NCBI RefSeq assembly: GCF_043950625.1
Contig: NZ_CP171007.1
From: Alkanindiges sp. WGS2144
GTDB taxonomy: Bacteria > Pseudomonadota > Gammaproteobacteria > Pseudomonadales > Moraxellaceae
Reading direction: 5' to 3' (one strand)
Length of the DNA stretch: 32,000 nt
In this document: positions 11,229 through 19,356 of the stretch, piece by piece
Numbering within the stretch: the stretch's first letter is position 1
How the letters are laid out: each line of letters starts with the position of its first letter
The notes under the pieces: model-generated
What the model saw: only the letters and a program-made list of their open reading frames with translations
What the model was told of the DNA's origin: nothing
The model's database searches: none
Program-made: the position numbers and the translations under genes

Positions 11229-12269
11229 TTAGGCCTCTTTAAAAACTTTTTTTCTCAGCCAGAGCGAAACACTCACCAAGGCAATCAACACCGGAACTTC
11301 GACCAATGGACCAATAATCGTGGTAAAAGCAACAGGTGAAGCGATACCAAAAGTGGCAATTGCGACTGCCAGTGATAATTCAAAATTATTCCCGGCTGCA
11401 GTAAATGCGATTGCTGTGGTCTTAGGATAGTCATTGCCCATCCATTTACTCATGAAGAAGCTGATAAAGAACATCAAAACGAAGTAAATGGTTAAAGGAA
11501 CCGCGATTCGTAAAACTTCCAGTGGAAGACTCACGACATCACCACCTTTTAGGCTAAACATGGCCAGAATCGTGAACAGTAAAGCCATTAAACTCAGCGG
11601 GCTGATTTTCGGAATAAACTGAGTTTCATACCACTCTACCCCTTTTTGTTTCACCAGAATCCAACGCGTTAAGAAACCCAACAGAAATGGAATACCAAGA
11701 TAAACCAGAACAGCATGGGTGATGGTCCAGAAATCAACATTAATGACCTGTGAAGCAACACCGAAATAAGGTGGCAGGAAGGTCAGGAATAACCAGGCAT
11801 AGGTACTGAAGAATAAAATCTGGAAGATACTGTTAAAGGCAACTAAGGCTGCAACATATTGATTATCACCACAAGCTAGGCCATTCCAAACCAATACCAT
11901 GGCAATACATCGAGCTAGACCAATTAGGATGACACCAGTCATATATTCGGGATAGCTATGTAAAAATATAATAGCCAGAGCAAACATCAGTACTGGGGCA
12001 ATTAGCCAGTTTTGTATTAAAGATAAAGTTAGTGTTTTTTTATCTTTAAATACTTGTGGCAACGTCGCATAGTTCACTTTTGCCAGGGGGGGATACATCA
12101 TCAGAATAAGACCAACTGCAATTGGAATATTCACAGAGTTGATACTTAATTGATCGAGTGCGACAGAAGCTTGCGGAAAGAAGTTTCCGATTGCAATACC
12201 TAGAGCCATGGCAATAAAAATCCATAGCGTCAGGTTACGATCTAAAAAGGATAAGCGTTTTTCAGACAT
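11229..12269 (-). CDS. acr3: ACR3-family arsenite efflux permease
   Basis: The 346-aa polytopic membrane protein starts [18 protein letters not shown], as ACR3/ArsB(ACR3) proteins do. It lies between arsC and arsH. Confidence 0.88.
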   Translation of the reverse strand: MSEKRLSFLDRNLTLWIFIAMALGIAIGNFFPQASVALDQLSINSVNIPIAVGLILMMYPPLAKVNYATLPQVFKDKKTLTLSLIQNWLIAPVLMFALAIIFLHSYPEYMTGVILIGLARCIAMVLVWNGLACGDNQYVAALVAFNSIFQILFFSTYAWLFLTFLPPYFGVASQVINVDFWTITHAVLVYLGIPFLLGFLTRWILVKQKGVEWYETQFIPKISPLSLMALLFTILAMFSLKGGDVVSLPLEVLRIAVPLTIYFVLMFFISFFMSKWMGNDYPKTTAIAFTAAGNNFELSLAVAIATFGIASPVAFTTIIGPLVEVPVLIALVSVSLWLRKKVFKEA

Positions 12270-12274
12270 ATCTC

Positions 12275-12748
12275 TTACTCAACATTCGAAATTTTATTGA
12301 TTTCAGCAATGAGTTCAGGACGAGAAAGTTTATTTACATCTAGGGCAAATAAAGCATCTAAACGACGGTTGATATGTTCAACAGTGGTCATAAAAGCTTT
12401 CATTTTTTCTTCTTTATTTACTTCCAGGTGTGAAGGATCAGCTAGGCCCCAATGTGCCTTGATTGCTCCACCCAAATAAAGTGGACAGGCTTCTTGAGCA
12501 GCAGAGTCACATACCGTGATCACAACATCAGGTTGGTACTGTTCACAGTCATCAATCGTTTTACTCCATAAACCTTCAGTAGATAACCCTAAGTTTTCAA
12601 GGGTTTCTATGGTCAGCGGATGCACTTGTCCTGAAGGCTTACTCCCAGCACTATAGGCTTTCCAACCTTCCGGGGCACGGCTATTAAACAAAACTTCTGA
12701 CAATATGCTACGGCAGCTATTTCCGGTACATAAAAATAAAAATTTCAT
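12275..12748 (-). CDS. arsC: arsenate reductase, LMW-PTP (thioredoxin-coupled) type
   Basis: I chose the ATG at 12748 ([14 protein letters not shown]), which lies 4 nt after the arsR stop. The CX5R P-loop CTGNSCRS and a downstream Cys pair ([12 protein letters not shown]) resemble pI258 ArsC. An alternative GTG start is at 12760. Confidence 0.85.
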   Translation of the reverse strand: MKFLFLCTGNSCRSILSEVLFNSRAPEGWKAYSAGSKPSGQVHPLTIETLENLGLSTEGLWSKTIDDCEQYQPDVVITVCDSAAQEACPLYLGGAIKAHWGLADPSHLEVNKEEKMKAFMTTVEHINRRLDALFALDVNKLSRPELIAEINKISNVE

Positions 12749-12752
12749 TGAA

Positions 12753-13076
12753 TTACTCACAATAACTATTTACAGAAAGGGGTTGTTGATCATCCAGCTT
12801 TGGCTCAGATTGAACTGTCTTCAAAATATCTAAAATTTCATAACACCAGTCGGCCAATTTTGGACTGATACTGTAGTAAACCCATTGGCTTTGTCTGCGA
12901 TCTTGAAGTAGTCCTGCAGCACGTAAAAGGGCTAGATGTCTTGAAATTTTAGGCTGACTTAGTTGTAGTTTTTCAATCAAATCACACACACATAGTTCTT
13001 TATTTTCAGCGATTAATGTCACTATATTGAGACGTGTTTCATCTGATAAGCATTTAAAAAAATTAACTTGATCCAT
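12753..13076 (-). CDS. arsR: ArsR-family arsenite-responsive repressor
   Basis: The ATG at 13076 is preceded by AAGGAGA. The protein has the metal-binding motif ELCVCDL and a winged helix (LSQPKISRHLALLRAAGLL). The ORF track extends it to a TTG at 13106. Confidence 0.88.
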   Translation of the reverse strand: MDQVNFFKCLSDETRLNIVTLIAENKELCVCDLIEKLQLSQPKISRHLALLRAAGLLQDRRQSQWVYYSISPKLADWCYEILDILKTVQSEPKLDDQQPLSVNSYCE

Positions 13077-13120
13077 ATAAGTCTCCTTCACATTGTTCCC
13101 ATCCAAGAGATGAGAACGTG

Positions 13121-13555
13121 CTATTTAATTCTTTGACCATTTTCATCAATAATTTTTTCACCATCTTCTTTGCTAAACGCGCATTTTTGAGGTAACGGGA
13201 GAATATCCAGAACAATTTCAGAAGGACGACACAAACGTGTACCTAAATCCGTCACAACGAATGGGCGATTAATCAAAATTGGATGTTGAAGCATAAAATT
13301 TAAAAGCTGTTCATCAGACCAATCTTCCTGATCTATTCCTAAATCAGAATATGGAGGTACATTTTTACGAATTGCTTCTCTAACACTTAAACCAGCACTA
13401 CGAATAAGTTCAACTAATTCTGCTTTCGAAGGTGGAGTCATTAGATATTCAATAACAATTGGTTCAACACCCGAATTACGGATTAAAGCCAGAGTATTGC
13501 GTGAAGTTCCACAAGCGGGATTATGATAAATCTTTATGACGCTAGAATTATTCAT
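13121..13555 (-). CDS. arsC: arsenate reductase, glutaredoxin-coupled (R773 ArsC) type
   Basis: The 144-aa protein is colinear with R773/E. coli ArsC. Shared motifs are IYHNPACGTSRNTL, MLQHPILINRPFVVT and GTRLCRPSEIVLDIL. Confidence 0.9.
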   Translation of the reverse strand: MNNSSVIKIYHNPACGTSRNTLALIRNSGVEPIVIEYLMTPPSKAELVELIRSAGLSVREAIRKNVPPYSDLGIDQEDWSDEQLLNFMLQHPILINRPFVVTDLGTRLCRPSEIVLDILPLPQKCAFSKEDGEKIIDENGQRIK

Positions 13556-13583
13556 TTTCCGATTAACTCAAATTTAAAATATC

Positions 13584-13612
13584 TTTATATATGAATATCC
13601 GAATATATTCAA
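13584..13612 (-). promoter_or_regulatory. candidate ars operon promoter with overlapping ArsR-type operator
   Basis: Read on the minus strand: TTGAAT (13612-13607), a 17-nt spacer, then TATAAA (13589-13584), about 30 nt upstream of the arsC ATG. The inverted repeat TGAATAT-N6-ATATTCA (13592-13611) overlaps the -35 box and the spacer. Confidence 0.4.
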
Positions 13613-13761
13613 TAAAACTGCTGTATCTTTTTATCCAATAGTAAGGGAATAAGACTTTAAGTTATTAATAAAAAATTAAATTGTGAATAAAAATATATAT
13701 CAAGCTAATAAATAAGTGACTAATGAGGAATTGAAACTATAACCAACCCCCCTCACAGTTC

Positions 13762-14580
13762 GGCACTGTTGCAAATAGAGATTTGAGTCGATGATGTTCC
13801 CTTTAAAAAGTACTTAGAAACCGAAAACCCTGTTGATTAGACACACTTCACCCTGAGGCTGACCATAATAAAATGACGATGCTTGTCCTTTACGTAGTGC
13901 ACGCATGACTTCAATACCTTTAATTGTGGCATAAGCCGTCTTCATAGATTTGAATCCTAATGTGGCCCTGATGATCCGCTTTAGCTTGCCATGATCACAT
14001 TCAATCACGTTATTTTTATACTTAATCTGCCTGTGCTCAAGGTCTGGTGGACATTTACCTTCCCGTTTTAACCGTGATAAAGCACGTCCATATGTGGGTG
14101 CTTTATCCGTGTTGATCACTTGTGGAATTTGCCACTTCTTCACATTATTTAAAATTTTTCCAAGAAAACAATATGCTGATTTGGTATTACGTCTAGAAGG
14201 AAGATAAAAATCAATGGTATCGCCACGTTGATCGACTGCACGATACAGATAAGACCATCGTCCATTCACTTTTACATAGGTTTCATCAATATGCCACGAG
14301 CTCAGATCTGTAGGATTACGCCAATACCAGCGTAAACGTTTTTCTATTTCAGGAGCATAACGTTGAACCCAACGGTAAATAGTCGTGTGATCAACATTCA
14401 CACCCCGTTCGGCCAGCATTTCCTGCAGTTCACGATAGCTAATGCCATATTTACAATACCAGCGCACAGCCCAAAGAATGATTTCGCCCTGAAAATGCCG
14501 ACCATGGAAAGGATTCATATGCTGCACCTTTAGCTAAAACAGTCTTCAGCTTACCATTCGTGGTTATTTGCAACAGTGCC
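13762..14580 (-). mobile_element. IS6/IS26-family insertion sequence (IS1006/IS1008-like), 819 bp, intact copy
   Basis: The terminal inverted repeats are GGCACTGTTGCAAATA at 13762-13777 and its complement ending at 14580. There is a single transposase ORF. Confidence 0.92.
13814..14518 (-). CDS. tnpA: IS6-family transposase
   Basis: From the ATG at 14518 the protein is 234 aa, the same length as Tnp26 and very similar to it (MNPFHGRHFQGEIILWAVRWYCKYGISYRELQEMLAERGVNVDH...). The ORF track adds 3 codons from a GTG. Confidence 0.93.
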   Translation of the reverse strand: MNPFHGRHFQGEIILWAVRWYCKYGISYRELQEMLAERGVNVDHTTIYRWVQRYAPEIEKRLRWYWRNPTDLSSWHIDETYVKVNGRWSYLYRAVDQRGDTIDFYLPSRRNTKSAYCFLGKILNNVKKWQIPQVINTDKAPTYGRALSRLKREGKCPPDLEHRQIKYKNNVIECDHGKLKRIIRATLGFKSMKTAYATIKGIEVMRALRKGQASSFYYGQPQGEVCLINRVFGF

Positions 14581-14603
14581 AAATAGATTCATTTTCGATA
14601 CTC

Positions 14604-15896
14604 TTACTTCAAAGCCAAAATTTTTCGGGCACCATTAAGTACGAATAAAGAAACCAGTATGCCAATGATTAAGTCTGGATAAGCTGATCCCGTCCACGCC
14701 ACGAGTACACCGGCAAATATAACGCCCATATTTACGACAACGTCATTCGCCGAGAAAATCCAACTGGCTTTCATATGTGCGCCATCTTCTCGATGACCAG
14801 AAATAAGATATAAGCATGTCACGTTAGCTATAAGTGCGAGCAGGCCAATAACAATCATGAGCGTTGATTCTGGCTCGCTTCCAAACATGAATCGTCTAAT
14901 GACATCAACAATCACGATAACAGCAAGTAATAACTGAATCCAACCTGCGAAATGGGCTGCTTTTATTTGATATTTCGCAGCTTTTCCGACGGCATATAGC
15001 GCAATACCATAAACGGCTGCATCGGCAAACATATCTAGAGAATCAGCAATCAATCCTGTAGACGCAGCAATAATACCGCTGATGAATTCTATAAAGAAAA
15101 GTAGAGCATTAATACCTAATAACAGTTTAAGTACTTTAGCTTGTCTCACAGGATCAGGTTCATTAGGTATATCGCCTGAAGAAAGCTGTATTTCATCAAG
15201 TTTCGCCCCAAAACCCAGTCCTTCGAGTTTAGCCGTAATTTGCTGAATCCCTTCATTATGGAAGACTTTCAGTTTTCGATTGGGAAGATCAAAAGTAAGA
15301 CCTTTAACTGCTTCAATATCTGCAAGAGCCATACGGACCATTTGCTCTTCAGCAGAGCAATCCATTTTAGGAATGGTGTAGGTACTTGTTTGCTTAGCCT
15401 GTTGATTGCTTATATAAGTTTCAGTCTTCACAAGCTTTGCACCAAAACCCAAAGCTTCAAGTTTGGTGGTTATATTTTCATCTTTTTGATTATGTAGAAC
15501 CTTTAAAGAACGGTTAGGTAAATCAAAGATGAGTTTTTGAACACCATCAATTGAAGATAGCGCCATACGAACCATCTGTTCTTCCGCAGAACAATCCATT
15601 TTGGGAACTAAGTATTCACTCATGTAGTGCGAATCTTTTAAAACGTCTTCAGTGCTTAAATTTTCTTTGGGATCAGAACCACAACAGGATTGAGCGGTAT
15701 CTTCACAACTGTTTGAAGTGTTACAGCAAGGAGATGAAGATTTTTTTTCTTCCTCTTCACCACAACAGCTAAGCGTATTATCACAATTCTTTGAATTGTT
15801 TGCTTCTGCAATTGATGGATGATTTTCTTGTTGAGATTTCTTATCTTCGCATGGTGTTTCTTTACTACATCCACAACCACTCATAATTATACCCAT
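14604..15896 (-). CDS. cation diffusion facilitator-type metal transporter with a Cys-rich N-terminus and two HMA-like domains
   Basis: The protein is 430 aa. There are 11 Cys in the first 72 residues (CGC, CC pairs). Two tandem ~65-aa HMA-like repeats each carry PKMDCSAEEQMVRMAL (coordinates about 15423-15617 and 15189-15383). They are followed by 6 predicted TM helices with DMFAD in TM2 and SANDVVVN in TM5. The ORF ends right after TM6. Confidence 0.75.
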   Translation of the reverse strand: MGIIMSGCGCSKETPCEDKKSQQENHPSIAEANNSKNCDNTLSCCGEEEEKKSSSPCCNTSNSCEDTAQSCCGSDPKENLSTEDVLKDSHYMSEYLVPKMDCSAEEQMVRMALSSIDGVQKLIFDLPNRSLKVLHNQKDENITTKLEALGFGAKLVKTETYISNQQAKQTSTYTIPKMDCSAEEQMVRMALADIEAVKGLTFDLPNRKLKVFHNEGIQQITAKLEGLGFGAKLDEIQLSSGDIPNEPDPVRQAKVLKLLLGINALLFFIEFISGIIAASTGLIADSLDMFADAAVYGIALYAVGKAAKYQIKAAHFAGWIQLLLAVIVIVDVIRRFMFGSEPESTLMIVIGLLALIANVTCLYLISGHREDGAHMKASWIFSANDVVVNMGVIFAGVLVAWTGSAYPDLIIGILVSLFVLNGARKILALK

Positions 15897-15919
15897 TAAA
15901 AAAATTATAAACTTTGAAT

Positions 15920-15950
15920 ATTAGAATCCCTATAGTTACTATAGAGTCAA
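15920..15950 (-). promoter_or_regulatory. MerR-type promoter/operator for the CDF gene
   Basis: Read on the minus strand: TTGACT (15950-15945), a 19-nt spacer, then TCTAAT (15925-15920). The spacer contains the dyad CTATAG-TAA-CTATAG (15930-15944). A long spacer with a central dyad is the MerR/CadR/PbrR promoter signature. Confidence 0.6.
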
Positions 15951-15973
15951 GAATCTTTGGAAATACTAACTCA

Positions 15974-16366
15974 ATGCATTTAAAAATTGGTGAACTCTCT
16001 AAAAAAACCTCATGTTCAGTATTAACAATTAGGTTTTATGAAAAGGAAGGTTTAATTCCGGAACCGGAAAGAACGGAAGGAAATTACCGCCTTTACGATG
16101 TAGGCTATGTTGAGCGAATTAAATTTATTTTGAATTGCCGAACTTTAAATATGAGTTTGAATGAAATTCGTCAATTACTTACCTATAAAGACAAACCTGA
16201 GAAAAATTGTTCAGATGTGAATGAATTAATTGACTTACATGTCAGTGCTATCAGAGAAAATATAATCAAGCAACAAAAGCTTATTGAACAACTATCTGAT
16301 TTAAGAGGTACTTGTGATGGTTTATGTACAATTGACCAATGTGGAGTTTTAAAAAATCTAGCTTGA
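15974..16366 (+). CDS. cadR: MerR-family Cd(II)/Pb(II)/Zn(II)-responsive regulator (CadR-like)
   Basis: The ATG at 15974 gives a 130-aa protein. Matching features are MHLKIGELSKKTSCSVLTIRFYEKEGL, GNYRLY and NCRTLNMSLNEIRQLL. The Cys residues at about 79, 114 and 123 are placed as in metal-binding MerR proteins. Confidence 0.8.
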   Translation: MHLKIGELSKKTSCSVLTIRFYEKEGLIPEPERTEGNYRLYDVGYVERIKFILNCRTLNMSLNEIRQLLTYKDKPEKNCSDVNELIDLHVSAIRENIIKQQKLIEQLSDLRGTCDGLCTIDQCGVLKNLA

Positions 16367-16459
16367 TTATCTAGACCTATGCTTTTTTCAAAAAATCGGC
16401 ACTGTTGCAAATAACCACGAATGGTAAGCTGAAGACTGTTTTAGCTAAAGGTGCAGCAT

Positions 16460-17119
16460 ATGAATCCTTTCCATGGTCGGCATTTTCAGGGCGAAATCAT
16501 TCTTTGGGCTGTGCGCTGGTATTGTAAATATGGCATTAGCTATCGTGAACTGCAGGAAATGCTGGCCGAACGGGGTGTGAATGTTGATCACACGACTATT
16601 TACCGTTGGGTTCAACGTTATGCTCCTGAAATAGAAAAACGTTTACGCTGGTATTGGCGTAATCCTACAGATCTGAGCTCGTGGCATATTGATGAAACCT
16701 ATGTAAAAGTGAATGGACGATGGTCTTATCTGTATCGTGCAGTCGATCAACGTGGCGATACCATTGATTTTTATCTTCCTTCTAGACGTAATACCAAATC
16801 AGCATATTGTTTTCTTGGAAAAATTTTAAATAATGTGAAGAAGTGGCAAATTCCACAAGTGATCAACACGGATAAAGCACCCACATATGGACGTGCTTTA
16901 TCACGGTTAAAACGGGAAGGTAAATGTCCACCAGACCTTGAGCACAGGCAGATTAAGTATAAAAATAACGTGATTGAATGTGATCATGGCAAGCTAAAGC
17001 GGATCATCAGGGCCACATTAGGATTCAAATCTATGAAGACGGCTTATGCCACAATTAAAGGTATTGAAGTCATGCGTGCACTACGTAAAGGACAAGCATC
17101 GTCATTTTATTATGTGTGA
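16460..17119 (+). pseudogene. tnpA: IS6-family transposase gene truncated at codon ~219 by an IS insertion
   Basis: The protein is identical to the copy-1 transposase up to ...GQASSFYY, then reads V-stop from the inserted element. The missing 3-prime end (GQPQGEVCLINRVFG.) resumes at 18124. Confidence 0.88.
17108..17114. repeat. left 7-bp direct repeat TATTATG flanking the IS481-family element
   Basis: The uninterrupted copy 1 has a single TATTATG at this site. Here it is present on both sides of the insert. Confidence 0.8.
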
Positions 17120-18116
17120 ATACTAGCACTTCCGCTGACATCATAACTTTAGCATAGTTTTTCTTTCAATCGCTCATAGGGTGTTTTTCCATCCATAGCA
17201 GCATGAGGTCTGGCATAGTTATAAAATGCCTCCCATTCCGCTAATTTAGCGTTTAGGTCGACATCATCGGTATAGTTTAATAACTGGTAAAACTCCATCT
17301 TGTCGGTCTTATGAGATCGCTCGACCTTGCCATTATGTTTGGGAGTTCGAGGCTTTATGTACCTATGATGAATTGCTAAATCGTTTAAATGCCAATGAAA
17401 TTTCGATTGGAATTCATGCCCATTATCGGTCTGGATGGTATGAATCCGAAAAGGAAACTTCTCAATAACATAATTGACAAAATCAATCGCATTAGCCTGG
17501 TTGTGCTTTTCATAGATTTTTAGTGCCCTGACTCTGGTTGCATCATCAATCGCAGTGTATTGATATCTTTTAATCCTCTTTCCATCTTGATCTTTGAAAA
17601 ATAAGAACTTTACATCAACTTGAACATGGTGGCCTGGTACTTGTTTCTCATAGCGCTGAGGAGTAGGAATGGATCGTTTTCGCTGATTCTGGGGCAGCCG
17701 ATTCAGACCATTACGTTTTAAAACGTGATATACACCCGCTGCCGAGATTTTAATTTGATGATAGCGCCATAAGTACCAACTGATCCTTACCTGCCCAAAA
17801 TGATAATGCTGACGTAAATGAAGAATCTTCTCTTCAATGGCAGGAGGCGTGCGTAACTTGGGATTTTCTGGACAGGGCTTGCTGTTGATTAGCCCAGATT
17901 CACCTTTAGTTTGGTAATTCTTTTTCCAACGATAGAAAGTATCTCGTGAAATACCAAAATAACGACAGGTGAAAGCAATATTCCCACTGTGCTCTGCATG
18001 AGCAAATACTTTTAATTTATGGGCGATTTCCCGCTGGGCTTTTGTACTCAAAATCGAAACTCCTGTGACATGAGGTAAAATTTACCAAAATGTCAGTAGA
18101 AGTCTCAATTTTCACA
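17115..18116 (-). mobile_element. IS481-family insertion sequence, 1002 bp
   Basis: The 26-bp imperfect IRs have TGT...ACA termini: TGTGAATACTAGCACTTCCGCTGACA at 17115-17140 and TGTCAGTAGAAGTCTCAATTTTCACA at 18091-18116. They match at 19 of 26 positions. There is a single DDE transposase ORF and a 7-bp duplication. Confidence 0.85.
17149..18051 (-). CDS. IS481-family DDE transposase/integrase
   Basis: The 300-aa protein has a TTG start. It has an N-terminal HTH (FGISRDTFYRWKKNY) and an rve-type core (VQVDVKF...TDNGHEF...HNGKVERSH). Confidence 0.85.
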   Translation of the reverse strand: MSTKAQREIAHKLKVFAHAEHSGNIAFTCRYFGISRDTFYRWKKNYQTKGESGLINSKPCPENPKLRTPPAIEEKILHLRQHYHFGQVRISWYLWRYHQIKISAAGVYHVLKRNGLNRLPQNQRKRSIPTPQRYEKQVPGHHVQVDVKFLFFKDQDGKRIKRYQYTAIDDATRVRALKIYEKHNQANAIDFVNYVIEKFPFRIHTIQTDNGHEFQSKFHWHLNDLAIHHRYIKPRTPKHNGKVERSHKTDKMEFYQLLNYTDDVDLNAKLAEWEAFYNYARPHAAMDGKTPYERLKEKLC

Positions 18117-18123
18117 TATTATG
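18117..18123. repeat. right 7-bp direct repeat TATTATG flanking the IS481-family element
   Basis: See 17108-17114. Confidence 0.8.
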
Positions 18124-18225
18124 GTCAGCCTCAGGGTGAAGTGTGTCTAATCAACAGGGTTTTCGGTCTCTAAGTACTTTTTAAAGGGAACATCATCGAC
18201 TCAAATCTCTATTTGCAACAGTGCC

Positions 18226-18233
18226 ATGGTTGC
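18226..18233. repeat. right copy of the 8-bp direct repeat ATGGTTGC
   Basis: It directly abuts the IS6-family IR at 18225. It is followed by C and a T7 run, which complete the split terminator. Confidence 0.65.
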
Positions 18234-18324
18234 CTTTTTTTATGGCTGCCGTCTGACCTTAATGCATTGAAATAATGTTAAAACTGTCCTCTACCGCTAA
18301 AGTAGCGGTGTTCCTGCTAAACGG

Positions 18325-19332
18325 ATGACCATATTTATGGACTGCTTGCCAAAACCTATAGCCCTGATTTATATGGGGGGTACTTTTGGTTGCACGGGTT
18401 CCCCGCTAAGCCCGCTGCCTGCTGATGTTTTTTTGCCCTTGCTCGGTACGTTGCTACGGAAAAACTATCCTGCCTTAGATCGGCTAACCGCTAGCAAAGC
18501 TATTCGTGACAGTAGCCATCTGCATCCACAGGACTGGCAGGACTTAATCCGGCAAATTGAGCAACTTGGGCAGCAGGGTTTTGAGCGCTTCCTGATTATT
18601 CATGGTACGGACACACTAGCCTACACGGCTGCATTTCTGGCAGAATATTTTAATGGTCATGCGATTCAGCTGGTCATCACCGGTAGCCAGTTTCCATTAC
18701 TGGATACAGCCGGCCAGCAGCTCAACCCGGCTAGTGATGCCTTGGGCAACCTGCATACCGCCTATCAGCAACTCAGCACAGCACAGGCATGTGGCTGCTG
18801 GGTGGCATTTGATGGGCAAATCTGGCCAGCGCATACCGTACACAAAATTCATAGCAGCCATACCCCCACATTTGCCGGCCAAACCACAGGAAGCATCCAG
18901 TCCCAGCCAGATTCAACTTCCAATTCGACTGATATCACTGCGCTTGAATATTTAAATATAGCCATCTATTATGCGCTGCCATTAAGCGCAGAACAGCAGG
19001 CTGCCCAGCTACAGCAGTGGCTTGCCTTAAAAAACCTGCAAGCACTCATCATTATGGCCTTTGGTGCCGGTAATTTGTGCCAGCATGCGCTGATTGCCCA
19101 GGCGCTGCAGCAGGCTGCTGACCAGCAGGTGATGGTTATTCTGGCAACTCAGGTACCCTTTGGCGGGGTCAACGCACGCTATGCTGCCGGACACTGGTTA
19201 CAGCACTATGGTGTATTGTCTGCTGCACACCTACCCTTACCGGCTGTTTATGCACGGCTAGCCTACCTGATGTGCCAACCACTGAGCTTTGATGAACGTC
19301 GGCGGCAGTGGGATGCACGGCTAACCACTTAA
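18325..19332 (+). CDS. asparaginase-family protein (type I L-asparaginase-like)
   Basis: IALIYMGGTFGCTG (the GGT nucleophile region) and IIHGTDTLAYTAAFL (the HGTDT motif) support the family call. The start codon is uncertain; the alternative is MDCLPK. Confidence 0.7.
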   Translation: MTIFMDCLPKPIALIYMGGTFGCTGSPLSPLPADVFLPLLGTLLRKNYPALDRLTASKAIRDSSHLHPQDWQDLIRQIEQLGQQGFERFLIIHGTDTLAYTAAFLAEYFNGHAIQLVITGSQFPLLDTAGQQLNPASDALGNLHTAYQQLSTAQACGCWVAFDGQIWPAHTVHKIHSSHTPTFAGQTTGSIQSQPDSTSNSTDITALEYLNIAIYYALPLSAEQQAAQLQQWLALKNLQALIIMAFGAGNLCQHALIAQALQQAADQQVMVILATQVPFGGVNARYAAGHWLQHYGVLSAAHLPLPAVYARLAYLMCQPLSFDERRRQWDARLTT

Positions 19333-19356
19333 TCTGAATACCTTACTGAGAATACT

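Larger units (their letters stand above)
16398..18225 (+). mobile_element. second IS6/IS26-family copy (IS1006/IS1008-like), inverted relative to copy 1 and interrupted by an IS481-family element
   Basis: The same IRs are at 16398 and ending at 18225. The sequence looked identical to copy 1 in the segments I compared, apart from one substitution (18168 C versus T-equivalent at 13819). The length checks: 1828 bp = 819 + 1002 + 7. Confidence 0.9.

Noticed and set aside
10740-11242. Plus-strand ORFs opposite arsH (10740-11033, 11030-11242).
   Set aside because: They are antisense shadows of a well-supported arsH, and I recognise no motifs in them.
15240-15880. ORFs antisense to or out of frame with the CDF gene (15240-15497, 15551-15772, 15656-15880).
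   Set aside because: They are nested in an AT-rich coding region with a clear domain structure on the minus strand. Their translations are low-complexity.
13754-18233. An 8-bp target duplication directly flanking the IS-cadR-CDF-IS module, or reverse-complement octamers indicating an IS-mediated inversion.
   Set aside because: The flanks are CACAGTTC (left outside), AAATAGAT and AAAAAATC (inner), and ATGGTTGC (right outside). None match directly or as reverse complements. The right octamer pairs instead with 8636-8643.
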